From the human T2T-CHM13v2.0 reference genome, Homo sapiens, in assembly GCF_009914755.1 (NCBI RefSeq), contig NC_060927.1: DNA of 64,000 bases; one strand, 5' to 3'. Below are positions 1 to 12,749 of the stretch, piece by piece. Both the position numbers and the translations under genes were made by a program. How positions within the stretch are numbered: the first letter of the stretch is position 1; each line of letters starts with the position of its first letter. The notes beneath the pieces were generated by a model that ran no database searches, was not told the DNA's origin, and saw only the letters and a list, made by a program, of their open reading frames with translations.

Positions 1-199
1 AATCAGCATGTTTCAGTGCTAATACAATGGACTATAATGATTCACCTAGGCTACCTCTACGCTTATAGAGTCAGCAAAATAGAAGAATAGGTTATTACCA
101 CTTTAGTATACAGAAAACTAAATATATTGTATTGATATTTATTAAACTCATTATTATTATCCTGTAATAACAATCTAATATATCAATAATCTCAGAAGA

Positions 200-715
200 A
201 ATGGAAGTGAAGATTAAAATATGTAAACCCAGAAATATTTCATAAATAAAATTAAATAGTAAAATAATGTACAAAAGAAGTTATTACACAAACATATGAA
301 GGTTAATCCTCAAAGTTATTTTTAAAAGTAATAAAAATTTGAACAAAATATAGTTGTCAAAATCTCTATAAAATAAGCAGTTGTATTAAAAGTATATTAT
401 ACAGGGCTGGTAATGGTATGGAAGAATGACATACATATTTATGCACTTTAGGTAAGAGTGTTCAATTATGTGCTATTTTTGAAAAATGTTTTGTCATTAT
501 ATTCAAGAACCTTAAATATATTCTTATGTTTTGACCCAGTAATTACCTTCTGTGAAATTAAATTAAACAGAATACTTCTAAATATATAAGATTAGTGCAA
601 AAGTGTATTAATTGCTACAATATATGTAACAAATAATCTAGTTAAGCAATAATATGTATATGATTAAATAGAATATAAATAATTAATATTATCAGAAAAA
701 CCAAGGTATATCAAA
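200..715 (+). mobile_element. Highly diverged L1ME-type LINE 3' fragment
   Basis: Motifs such as 'ttcttatgttttgacccagtaattaccttctgtgaaatt' resemble the 3' ORF2/UTR of ancient L1ME; edges uncertain. Confidence 0.5.
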
Positions 716-1151
716 TTTTAGTAAGTCCTAGACTGAACTTCTGATCTTCCCCCTAAAACCTGTTCTTCCTGAAGTTGATCTCAAATGAATTAACTAAGGC
801 AAATCCAGACTTATCATTTCCTTAGGTCAGAAATCTTGTCCTTATCTTCGGCTGCTTCCAAATTCTACACCCAGTTTATCACCAACTGTGCCTAAACGCA
901 CATTTAAAAATTATCTGAGTCCTCACTGCTTTCACTGTGGTCCAAGTGCCATCACCTCTTGCCTCGATTATTGAAGTTGTCTCCTATGTAGTTACCTTGC
1001 CCTTCAACCCTCTATAGTCTATTCTCTGCACAGCAGTCAGAGTGATCCTATTAAATGAGAAGTCAAATCACGCTACTCCTCAACTCATAACCTTCCAGAG
1101 GCTCCTTAATTCCCTATGAGTAAAAGTTAAAATCTTTATAACAGTCTACAA

Positions 1152-1977
1152 CAACGCTCTCCAATAGAAATATAAAGGTAGCCACAGTTTTTTATTTTAT
1201 GTATTTATGTGTTTATTTTTGTTTATTTTATTTTATTTTTTTTTGAGACAGAGTCTTGGTTTGCATCATCTCGGCTCACTGCAACCTCCACCTCTGGATT
1301 CAAACGATTCTCCTGCCCCAGCCTCCCAAGTAGCTGTAATATAGAAATACATTTTTTGAAAGAAGTTCTTTTTTGAAATATTAAAGACAATATTCTCTTT
1401 CCCTTTGGCTACCTTAAATATGGATTAACAAAAACAAACAAAAACCAAGAGAGACAGAGAGAGAAATGAATAAATGGATGTCCTAAATGTAATAGCATTG
1501 GTGTCCCTCAGCCTTATACCTCCCGAGTAGCTGGGATGACAGGCGCGAGCCACCACACCCAGCTAATTTTTGTATTTTTAGTAGAAATGGGTTTCACCAC
1601 GTTGTCCAGTCTGGTCTCGAACTCTTGACCCCAGGTGATCCACCTGCCTCGACCTCCCAAAGTGCTGGGATTACAGGTGTGAGCCACCGTGCCCAGCCAG
1701 TAGCCACAATTTTTTCTAGTAACCACTTAAAAAATAAAAAGGAGCAGATCAATTAATATTTAAATATATTATATTTTACCCAATAAATATATTATCATTT
1801 TGCTATATAATCCACATAAAAATGTATTAATGAGATAATTATTCTTTTCTCTATAGTAGGTAGTCTTCGAAAGTCAGTGTATATTTTTCATCTAATACGT
1901 ACCTCAATTTAGACAAGCACTCAAGAACTCACCAGCTAGCCAAAAGTGACTAGTGGCTACCACAGTGAAGCATAGAA
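1152..1977 (+). mobile_element. MER33 (hAT-Charlie) DNA transposon, interrupted by an Alu at 1187-1698
   Basis: 5' end 'caacgctctccaatagaaatataaaggtagccaca'; resumes 'tagccacaattttttctagtaaccac...tagtcttcgaaagtcagtgtatatttt...gtgactagtggctacc'. Confidence 0.85.
1187..1698 (-). mobile_element. AluS (Sx-like) with a 182-bp non-Alu insert at 1337-1518
   Basis: Poly-T tail and both Alu arms present; 'gtagccaca' duplicated at both flanks. Confidence 0.93.
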
Positions 1978-3016
1978 CTCTAAAGTCCGATATGGCCTAC
2001 TACCTGCCCTCAACTCTGTGAGCTTATCTCAGAATACTCATCTCCTCACTCAATGTGCTGGAGCCACACTGGACTTCCTAGTATTCCTGGCACATACCAG
2101 CCCAGTTATTTCCGTGCAGCTATCCCATGACTCATTGCTTCACTTTATAAAGATCTTTGCTTAAATGACAGTTTTTCAGAGAACATTGCCTGATTACTCT
2201 CTTAAAAATTGAACACAAGTCTCCAGCATTTTGTTTTACTTTATTTTTTTCTATAACATTTATCACCTAACATATTCATATACTTTACTTTTTCTATATT
2301 CTACCCCTAGGATTTAAGCTCCATTATGTTACCAGGGCAAAATATGTTACCTATTTTGATCATTTTTTGTATGAATAGGACTAGAAGAGTGCTTGGAAAA
2401 CATAGGCAGTGCTATATATGCAATCGTTCAACGAGGATTTGCATTCATGTCGTGGTTCATTGCCTAGGTGCTGAGTGCTGGATAAAAATTACCTCCCATC
2501 CAGACACTATAGGCTATATTTTTCTCACATGGGTTTGGCCAAACTAATGCAAGAAGCCCCAAATCCACCATTTAAGCTAGAGAACTTGCTTTGTTCCTAT
2601 CTAAAGAAAAATCATTAAAATAAGATGAACATACATGTTTTCAGATTTGTATCTCTGGTATAGTGGCTTTAGATTCGTAATATGCTTCATGCCTTCTCCC
2701 CCCTCCATTTTTACATACCTGTCAAAAAACAGAACACTTGTTCGGTGCTCTGAAAGTAAGGTGGCATGTATTCTTCACGATATTAATTTCAAGCATTTTT
2801 TTTTTACTAAATTAACAACGTCATCAACATCAGCATTGAAAAGTTGTCACTCAGAATAACCCTTAGCCAATTTATTCATTTTCCACCCAATACTATATGA
2901 CTCTTTTTCACAACCCTACTAGCTGACTAATTTTATATGATTCTTTCTTCAATTTTTAACAAGCAGTTGAAGAATAGTGGTGAAATTTGTTATCAGCCGG
3001 TTTTCACATAGCAAGG

Positions 3017-3047
3017 ATTGGCTGTTGCCATGTGCAACCCTGATTGG
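3017..3047. promoter_or_regulatory. Candidate RFX X-box flanked by two CCAAT (NF-Y) boxes
   Basis: gATTGGct (ATTGG 3017-3021), GTTGCCATGTGCAAC (3024-3038), ctgATTGGc (ATTGG 3043-3047) in non-repeat DNA; motif evidence only. Confidence 0.35.
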
Positions 3048-3869
3048 CATCAAAAGTAGGTGTACAAGTTAAGAAGTTAAGTTTACCAAAAAATACATGG
3101 TTTGTAGCGAAAAATTACAAAGTATCTATGCTGAATCATTTTCTTTTTTTTAGTCTATTCTAAGAAAATCTGAGTCTTTTCCTTGATTACTAAGGCAGGG
3201 TAGAAGTGCCATCCTAAGCGTATTCAATGCCAGATGCTAAGCTTTCATTTGTGCTTGTGTATACGTGTGTGCATCGACTTAGCAGATAAAATAAGCATTG
3301 AAGATCATTTCCCACTTTTTTTCCTCATTCTTGGATTTCATTTTCATTTTGCCTAACTATACCCTCATATTATTTTATATAAACTTTATGAATCCTTGAA
3401 TAAATCTCTATTTGTCAAGTACAATTGAATGGTAATTTATGTATAGTTGTCCTTCAGTGTCTGTAGGGTATTGGTTCCAGAACTGCCAAGGATGCCAAAA
3501 TCTGTGGATGTTCACACTCCTCATATAAAATAATATAGTATTTTCATATAACCTATGCACATTCTCCTTTATATTTTAAATCATCTCCAGAATGCTTATA
3601 ATACTTAAGGCAATGTAAACACTATCTAAATAGTTGTTATAATGCTGTTTTAAATTTTTACTCTTTTTTTGTTGTATTGCTATTTTTATTGTTTTCTCAA
3701 ATATTTTCTATTTTCAAGTTTTAAATAATTTTACTTTACATTTTGATTTTTCACATAAGTATCTGTCTCCAAAACCAAAACTATATTCAAGGAATATCTA
3801 GGAAGTCTTAATTCCTGTCTGTCTCCAATGCCTCAATTTATTTTCTCTTCAGATAACCATCAAGTATCT

Positions 3870-4995
3870 TTTTTTTCTTTATTCCCCCCAGCTTTATTGA
3901 GGTAGAGTAAACATATAAAAATAGCTTATATACACAGTGTACAATATGATGTATTGATAGATGTATACATTGTGAAATGATTACCACAATCAGGATAATT
4001 AACATATCCATCACCACACATAGTTATTTTTTGGTGTATGTGAATGAGTGGCAAGAATATTTAGGGTCTACTTGCTTAGCAACTTTTAAGCATACAATAT
4101 ATTATTATTAACTCACTGTGCTATAAATACATCCCTAGAACTTATTCATCCTTACTCAAACTCTGTACCCTTTGAGTAACATCACCCTACTCCCTCCACC
4201 CCCACCTTCAGCTTGTAGGAACCACCATTCTACATTTTGCTTCTATGAGTTTAACTCTTTCAGATACCACATGTAAGTGAGATCATGCAGCCTTTGTCTT
4301 TCTGAGCCTGACGTGTTTTGCTTAGTGTAATGTCCTCCAGGTTTATCTATGATGCCAGAAGACTTTCCTTATTTGTTGAGGCTCATTAGTACTCCATTGT
4401 GTGTGTGTTTGTCACAGTGTATTTATCCATTCATTAGTAATTGAACACTTAGATTGATTCCATGTCTTTGTTACTGTGAATAATGCTGCAATGAACATGG
4501 GGTGCAGATACCTCTTCACCATACTGATTCATTTATTTTGGATATATTCCCAGAAGTGGGATTGCTAGATCCTATTGTAGTTCTATTTTTAATTTTTTGG
4601 TGGACCTCCATACAATTGTCCATAGTGGCTGTACTAGTTTGCATTCCCCACAACAGTGTATGAAGGTTACCTTTCCTCCACAGCCTCACCAGAATTTGTT
4701 ACTTTTCTTCTTGATAATAACCACACTAACAGGTATGGGGTACAATTTCATAATAGTTTTAATTTTTGTCTCCCTAATTATTAGTAATGTTGAACATTTT
4801 TTCGTATATCTGTGAGCCATTCGTATATCTTTTTTTGAGTACAAAAGTCTATTCAGATACTTTGCCCAGTTTTTGAGTTTTTACTTTTCTTACTATTGAG
4901 CTGAGTTCCTTCTATTTAGATATTAACTTTTTATCAGATATGTGATTTGAAAATATTTTCTCCCGTTCCATAGGTTCTCTCTTCACTCTGTTCTA
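3870..4995 (-). mobile_element. L1MA (late L1MA/L1MB-type) 3' end
   Basis: Antisense L1 3'UTR/ORF2 end: 'gctttattgaggta...atgtatacattgtgaaatgattaccacaatc...ccacatgtaagtgagatcatgcag...cccagaagtgggattgctagatc'. Confidence 0.9.
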
Positions 4996-4998
4996 ATA

Positions 4999-5128
4999 TT
5001 CTTTCTTTCCTTTCTTTCTCTTCCTTTCGCTTTCTCTCTCCCTTCCTTCCTTCCGTTTTCTTTCCTTCTTTCCTCCCTTTTCTTTCCTTCTTTCCTTCCT
5101 TTCTTTCTTTTCTTCCTTTCTTTTTTCC
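4999..5128. repeat. CT-rich low-complexity repeat (decayed Alu tail)
   Basis: (CTTT/CCTT)n directly adjoining the Alu fragment. Confidence 0.9.
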
Positions 5129-5232
5129 TCACACTGTTCCCCAGGGTACAGGCTAGAGTAGTGCAGTAGTGTGATCACTAAAACCTCTGCATCCCGGGTT
5201 CAAATGATCCTCCCACCTCAGCCTCCAAAGTA
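5129..5232 (-). mobile_element. Truncated AluJ/FRAM right-arm fragment
   Basis: 'gtgcagtagtgtgatcac...cccgggttcaaatgatcctcccacctcagcctccaaagta'. Confidence 0.8.
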
Positions 5233-8200
5233 TATTTTCAAGCCTCATTTGGTTGAATCTGCAGATGTGAAACCTAAGGACTATAAAAGCCCAATTGTGT
5301 AGAGATTTCTAGGTTATATTTATTTTTTATCAGAACAGTTGAGGCCACTGTCTTCTAAGAGCTCACTAGCTGATGAAAAGTATGGTGTCATCTGGTGTTT
5401 GCTAATTTATAGATACACAATTTGAGTATTGTTTCTTTGTTTTCTCTGTAGAAGTCTGCAGACCTTCTCTTTTCACAAAAGTTTATTAGATTTCACTACA
5501 TTCGAAAAAGCTTCCAGAGACAGAGACAGAGAAAGAAAGAGTCTGTGTGTGTTTTTCTTTAACAAGAGGAAGGAGGAAGTAGAGAAGAAGGAAGTTTTTA
5601 CTAAGTTTATACTAACATGACGTTTTATTAGAATTAAACCAGGGTAGGTTCCAATAATGGTAGGATCATGGTGGAGGGGAGGCAGGACTATATTGCAGCT
5701 CCCACTCAGACAGTCTGACAGTGCAGTGTCTGGAGTTTCGTATCATGAACTTTTGCTCCAGAATGACTGCAGGAATAAATCAGGGAAGCAAAGAGAACCC
5801 ACAGACCCTCTGAAGGAAATGGTTTGCTCCTGCAGGACCCAGGAGAAACCCCAAATACTGTGAGTGCCCAAACTGTGGAAGTGGGAAAGGGGGATCATCC
5901 AGTCTTGAACACACACCCTCACTGGGGAACCTGAAGGTGTAGGTTACGGGAGAAGAATTGACCTTACCTGGAGCTGAGTCACTTTAGAGAACTGAGCAAA
6001 ATACAAGGGTAGAGGAAGCAGCGGAAAAAGCCCTGTGGGCTTGCTGGATCCCCTAGCAAGCCATTTCTGCCTCACAGGGGTCCTTGGGGAGGGCTGCCAG
6101 AGCCACTGGGTAAAGGCCACAGGGAGAAGGAAACCTCCAGCTGAACTTTGTAACAATTTGAACTGATCGAGAAGTCTCCTGGCTAGAACCTGGGGGGAGG
6201 TTGTGAATCCAGTGTGCAGACTCCACAGATGGGATGAGCACAAAAGCCCTATTTGCCTTCACAGCTGGGAGGCGGGTAACCTGGGGGAAGTTCTCAGCCC
6301 TGCTTGCCCACTGCCTGGAAACAAACTTGGTGCTGTTGTTGGGGGGCACAGTGGGAGTGAGAATGGCCCTTTAGGTTGTGTGGGAGTTGGGTGAGGCCTG
6401 TAACTGCCAGCTTCTGCCCACTTTCCTGACAACCTGCATGACACAGTAGAGGCAGCCATAATCCTCCTAGGAACGTAACTCCGTTGACCTGGGAACCACA
6501 TACCCATCCTCACAGCAGCTTTAGCAAGACACTCCCAAGGAGAATCTGAGCTCAGTCAGGCCTTGCCCTGCCCCCACTTAATGGTCCTTCCCTACCCACC
6601 CTAGTAGCAGAAGACAAAGGGCATATACTCTTGCGGGTTTTAAGGCCCCACCCACCACCTGTTACCCTGTTCCTCCCCACACTATCACAGCCAATGCCCT
6701 CTTGAAAGCGCTACCTCCTAGCAGAAGGCCAAACAGCACAAAAATGGTGGATTAAACAACCCAAGCTAAGGACACTCACAGAGTTCATTTCATTCCTGTG
6801 CCACCTCCACGGGAGCAGGTGCTGGTATCCACAGCTGAGAGACCCACAGACAGTTCACATCACAGGACTCTGTGCAGACAACCCCCAGTACCAGTCTGGA
6901 GCCTGGTAGACCTGCTGGCTGGCTAGATTCAGAAGAAAAATAACAATCACTACAGTTCTGTTCTCAGGAAGCCCCATCCCTAGGAAAAGGTGGAGAGTAC
7001 TACATCAAGGTAACACCCCTGGGACAAAATAACCTGAAAAACAGCCTTGAGCCCTAGACTTTCCCTCTGACAGAGCCTACCCAAAAGAGAACCAACCAAA
7101 AAACCGACTCTGGTAATATAACAAAACAAGGTTCTTTAAAACCCCCAATAAATCACACTAGCTCACCAGCAATGGATCCTAACCAAGAAGAAATTCCTGA
7201 CTTACCTGAAAGAGAATTCAGAAGGCTCGTTATTAAGCTTATAAGGGAGGCACCAGAGAAAGGCAAAGCCCAATTTAAGGAAATCCAAAAAATGATACAA
7301 GAAATGCGGGGAGAAATTTTCAGTAAAATAGATAGCATAAACAAAAAAACAATCAAAACTTCAGGAGACAATGAATGCACTCACAGAAATGCAAAATACT
7401 CTGGAAAGTCCCAGCAATAGAATCAAATGAGCAGAAGAAAGAACTTCAGAGCTTGGAGGCAACGTTTTCAAATTAACCAAATCCAACAAAGACAAAGAAA
7501 AAAGAAGAAGAAAATATGAACCAACCACCAAGAAGTCTAGGACTATGTTAAACAATCAAACTTAAGAATAGTCGGCATTCCTGAGGAATAAGAGAAATCT
7601 GAAAGTTTGGAAAACATATTTGTGGGAATAATTGAAGAAAACTTCCCTGGTCTTGCTAGAGACCTAGACGTCCAAATACAAGAAGCTCAAAGAACACCTG
7701 GGAAATTCATCACAAAGAGATCATCGCCTAGGCACGCTGTCATCAGGTTATCTGATAAAGGAAAGGATCTTAAGAACTGTGAGACAGAAACACTAGGTAA
7801 CCTATGAAGGAAAACCTATCAGGTTAACAGAATATTTCTCGGCAGTTACCCTACAAGCTAGAAGTGATTGGGGCCCTATTTTCAGCCTCCTCAAACAAAA
7901 TAATTATCAGCCAATAATTTTGTATCAAGCAAAACTAAGCTTCATAAATGAAGGAAAGATACAGTCTTTTTCAGACAAACAAATGCTGAGAGAATTCTCT
8001 ACTACCAAGCCAGCACTATAAAAACTGCGAAAAGGAGCTCTAAATATTGAAAGAAATCCTGGAAACATATCAAAACAGAACCTCTTTAAAATATAAATTT
8101 CATAGGACCTATAATACAAAAATACAATTAAAAAAACAAGGTATACAGGCAACAAATATCATGATGAATGGAATTGGTACCTCACATCTCAATATTAACA

Positions 8201-8242
8201 TTGACTGTAAGTGGCCTAAATATTCCACTTAAAACATGCATA

Positions 8243-8536
<294 letters not shown>

Positions 8537-9861
8537 GATACATAATTGCAGAATGGACAAGAATTCACCAACCAACAATCTGCTGCCTTCAAGAGACTTA
8601 CCTAACACATAAGGACTCACATAAACTTAAGGTAAAGGGGTGGAAAAATATATCCCATGCAAATGGACACCAAAAGCAAGCAGGAGTAGCTATTCTTATA
8701 TCTGACAAAACAAACTTTAAAGCAACAGCAGTTAAAAAAGATAAAGAGGGACATTATATAATGATAAAAGGCTGTGTCCAACAGGGAAATTTCACAATCC
8801 TAAATATATATGCAAGTAACATGGAGCTCCCAAATTTATAAAACGATTACTAATGGACTTAAGAAATGAGACAGACAGCAACACGATAATAGTGGGGGAC
8901 TTCAATACTCCACTGACAGCACTAGACAGTTCATCAAGACAGAAAGTCAACAAAGAAACAATGGATTTAAACTATACCCTGGAACAAATGGACTTAACAG
9001 ATATTTACAGAACAGTATACCCGTTTACAGAACATTCTACCCAACAACTGCAGAATATACATTCTATTCATCAAATGGAACTTTCTCCAAGATAGACTAT
9101 CTAGTAGGCCACAAAACAAGACTTAATAAATTTAAGAAAATTGAAATTATATCAAGCACTCTCTCAGACCACAATGGAATAAAACTGAAATCAACTCCAA
9201 AAGGAACCTTCAAAACCATCCAAATACATGTAAATTAAATAACATGCTCTTGAATGCTCATTGGGTCAAAAATGCAATTAAGATGGAAATTTGAAAATTC
9301 TTTGAACTGAATGACAATAGTGACACAGCCTATCAAAACCTCTGGGATATAGCAAAGGTGGTACTAAGAATGCCTAAATCAAAAACTCTGACAGAGCACA
9401 AACAGAAAATCTAGGGTCATATCTCGAGGAACTAGAGAAACAAGAAGAAACCAAACTCAAACGCAGCAGAAGAAAGGAAATAACCAATATCAGAGCAGAA
9501 CTAAATGAAATTGCAACAAAAAGAAAATACAAAAGATAAATGAAATAAAAAGCTGGTTCTTTGAAAAGATAAATAAAATTGATGAACCATTAGCATGATT
9601 CACCAAGAAAAGAAGAGAGAAAATTCAAATAAGCTCAATTAGAAATGAAACGGGAGATATTACAACTGACACCACAGAAATACAAAAGATCATTGAAGGC
9701 TACTATGAATATTTTTACATGCATAAACTAGAAAACCTAGAGGAGATGGATAAATTCCTGGAAAGATACAAGTCTCCTATCTTAACTCAGAAAGAATTAG
9801 ATACCCTGAACAGATCAATAATAAGCAGTGAGATTAAAATTGCAATTAAAAAAAAATTACC

Positions 9862-10945
9862 TCTCAGGGGAACCACCCCCAATATTTCAATGTAGGTTCT
9901 TTTCTATTTTCCCTAAGTGTCAACTGGTCTGAGAAATAAAGGGAAAGAGTACCAAAGAGAGAAATTTTGAAGCTGGGTGTCTGGGGGAGACATCACATGT
10001 CGGCAGATTCTGTGATGCCCCTCAAGCCGCAAAACCAGCAAGTTTTTATTAGTGATTTTCAAAGGGGAGGGAGTGTACAAACAGGGTGTGGGTCACAGAG
10101 ATCACATGCTTCACAAGGCAATAAAATATCACAAGGCAAATGAGGGCAGAGAGAGATCACAAGACCAGGGTGAAATTAAAATTGCTAATGAAGTTTCATA
10201 TCCCAATGGGCACGCATTGTCATTGATAACATCTTATCAGGAGGCAGGGTTTGAGAGCAGACAACTGGTCTGACTAAAATTTACTAGGCAGGAATTTCCT
10301 CATCCCAATAGGCCTGGGAGTGCTGCGGGAGACTGGGGCTTATTTCATCCCTTATCTGCAACCGTATAAGACAGACACTCCCAGAGCAGCCATTTCAGAG
10401 ACCTACCCCTGGGAATGCATTCTCTTTCTCAGGGCTGTTCCTTGCTGAGAAAAAGAATTCAGCAATATTTCTCCTATTCACTTTTGTAAGAAGAGAAATA
10501 TGGCTCTGTTCCACCTGGCTCTCAGGCAGTCAGACCTAATGGTTATCTCCCTTGTCCCCTGAACATCACTGTTATCCTGTTCTTTTATTGAGGTGCCCAG
10601 ATTATATTGTTTAAACACACATGCTTTATGAACAATTTGTGCAGTTAATGCAATCAACACAGGGTCCTGAGGTGACATACATCCTCAGCTTACGAAGATG
10701 ATGGGATTAAGAGATTAAAGTAAAGACAGGCATAGGAAATCACAAGAGTATTGATTAAGGAAGTGATAAATATCCATGAAATCTTCACAATTTATGTTCA
10801 GAGACTGCAGTAAAGACAGGCGTAAGAAATTATAAAAGTATTAATTTGGGGAACTAATAAATGTCCATGAAATCTTCACAATTTATGTTCTTCTACCATG
10901 GCTTCAGCCGGTCCCTCTGTTCGGGGTCCCTGACTTCCCACAATA
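9862..10945 (-). mobile_element. MER11 (HERV-K11/HML-8) solo LTR inside L1PB ORF2
   Basis: Ends 'tctcaggggaaccacccccaatatttcaa' and 'tcggggtccctgacttcccacaata'; exact 6-bp TSD 'attacc' (9856-9861, 10946-10951); internal repeated block typical of MER11. Confidence 0.95.
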
Positions 10946-12335
10946 ATTACCAATAAAGAAACGTCCAGGACCAGATGGATTCACAGCAGAATTCTACCAG
11001 ACATTCAAAGAAGAATTGGTACCCATCCTATTGACACTATTCCACAAGATAGAGAAAGAGGGAATCCTCCCTAAATCATTCTATAAAGCCAGCATCACCC
11101 TAATACCAAAGCCAGGAAAGGCCATAACCAAAAAAGAAAACTACAGACCAATATCCCTGATGAGCATAGATGAAAAAATCCCTAAAAAAATTTAGCTAAC
11201 TGAATGCAACAACATATCAAAAAGATAATCCACCATGATCAAGTGGGTTTCATATTAGCGATGCTGAGATGGTTTAACATATGCAAGTCAATAAATGTGA
11301 TACACCTCATAAACAGAATTAAAAACAAAAATCACATGATCATCCCAGTAGATGCATAAAAAGCATTTGAAAAAAATCCAGCATCCCTTTATGGTTAAAA
11401 CTCTCAGCAAAATCAGCATACAAGGTACATACCTCAATGTAATAAAAGCCATCTATGAGAAACCCACAGCAATATTGTATATTCTCATCCAAAAGTGGGA
11501 ACTAAGCTATGATGATGCAAAAGCATAAGAATGACACAATGGACTTTGGGGACTTGGACAAAGGGCAGGAAGGGGGTGAGGGATAAAAGACTACAGACTG
11601 GGTGCAGTGTATACTTCTCAGGTGATGGCTTCACCAAAATCTCACGAATCACCACTAAAGAACTTACTCCTGTAAACAAACACCACCTGTTTCCAAATAA
11701 CCTACAGAAATAATTTTTTAAAATTTTTTTACTACATTCTATCTTTCTCCTTTAACCCTGCTTAGCACTGTATGTATTTCTTCTGAGGTTTCTTCAAAGC
11801 TTCCCTGCTTTATTTTCACTTAGATGGATGTCGTCTCTCTATATCTTTCATCTTTTCTGTCAAACTTTACATCTTTGTTTAAATAATATTCTACAAGTTT
11901 TACTTGATCTTTTCTCCAGTTCTACTGTTAACTTCTAAAAATTTGGCCAATATTTTAAATTGACATTAACTCTTCCTTTTTGAAGGGTTCTCTTTTCTAA
12001 AAGGAGCATATTTGTTTGTTTAATGAAAGAAAAATCTTTGAATTGCTGTAAGCATTTAAACAAAATGCATTTAAAGTTATATTTTCTTCCATGAATTTTA
12101 CTGATTTATCCAGAGCCAGTTGTCTTTTTCTTTTCTTTTTTCCCCTTTTTCATTGTCTTTTGTGTTGCTAGCTTTGATTAAATTTCTGCTAATTGATTTA
12201 TGTTTACTTATTTGTATATTTTTAAACCAAAAATTGGGTTAAACTGCTTAGGTAGGTGGTATGGGTTTTCTCTTCTTTCTTTATTATCTATTCAGAGTGA
12301 GAATCTTGACTATAAGAACAGAAGGTATTAGTAGG

Positions 12336-12749
12336 TGTTCTATTTTGGATGTTTGTTTCCTCCAAATCCCGTGTTGAAATTTGATTCCAATGTTGGAGGT
12401 GGGGTCTAATAAGTGTTTGGGTCCTGGGCACGGATTCCTCATGAATAGATCAATGTCTTCCCTGGAGCGGGTGTGGGGGTGGTGAGTGGGTTCTCACTCT
12501 ATTAGTTCCTGCTAGAGCTGGTTGTTAGAAAGTGCCCAGCACCTCTACTGCTCTCTTGTTTTCTCTTTCACCATGTGATCTCTACAAAACAGCTCCCCTT
12601 CACCTTCCACCATGAGTGGAAGCAGCCTGAGGCCCTCACCAGAAGCAAATGCTGGTGCCATGTTTCTTGTTCAGTCTGCAGAATGAGCCAAATGAGTGTC
12701 TTTTTATCCTCAGATATTCCTTTATAGCAACACTGAATGGAATAAGACA
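12336..12749 (+). mobile_element. MSTB-type MaLR solo LTR
   Basis: 'tgttctattttggatgtttgtttcctccaaatcccgtgttgaaatttg...catgagtggaagcagcctgaggccctcacc...tttatagcaacactgaatggaataagaca'. Confidence 0.9.

Larger units (their letters stand above)
728..2445 (+). mobile_element. L2 LINE 3' region, split by nested MER33 and Alu (L2 parts about 728-1151 and 1978-2445)
   Basis: L2-like 'cagcagtcagagtgatcctattaaa...agtcaaatcacgctactcct', 'gccacactggacttcc' and terminal 'actagaagagtgcttggaaaacataggcag'. Confidence 0.75.
3444..5297 (+). mobile_element. MER2 (TcMar-Tigger) split into 3444-3718 and 5233-5297 by a 1.5-kb composite insert
   Basis: 5' 'tagttgtccttcagtgtctgtagggtattggttccag...acctatgcacattctcc'; 3' 'tattttcaagcctcatttggttgaatctgcagatgtgaaacc...ccaattg'. 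Confidence 0.85.

Noticed and set aside
10715-10890. Repeated block inside MER11, and the 35-bp repeats at 47368 and 59728, considered as CRISPR-like
   Set aside because: Two-copy tandem duplications without unique spacers; eukaryotic context, no cas genes
11740-12300. Possible very old antisense L1ME/HAL1 fragment
   Set aside because: Similarity too faint to call by eye
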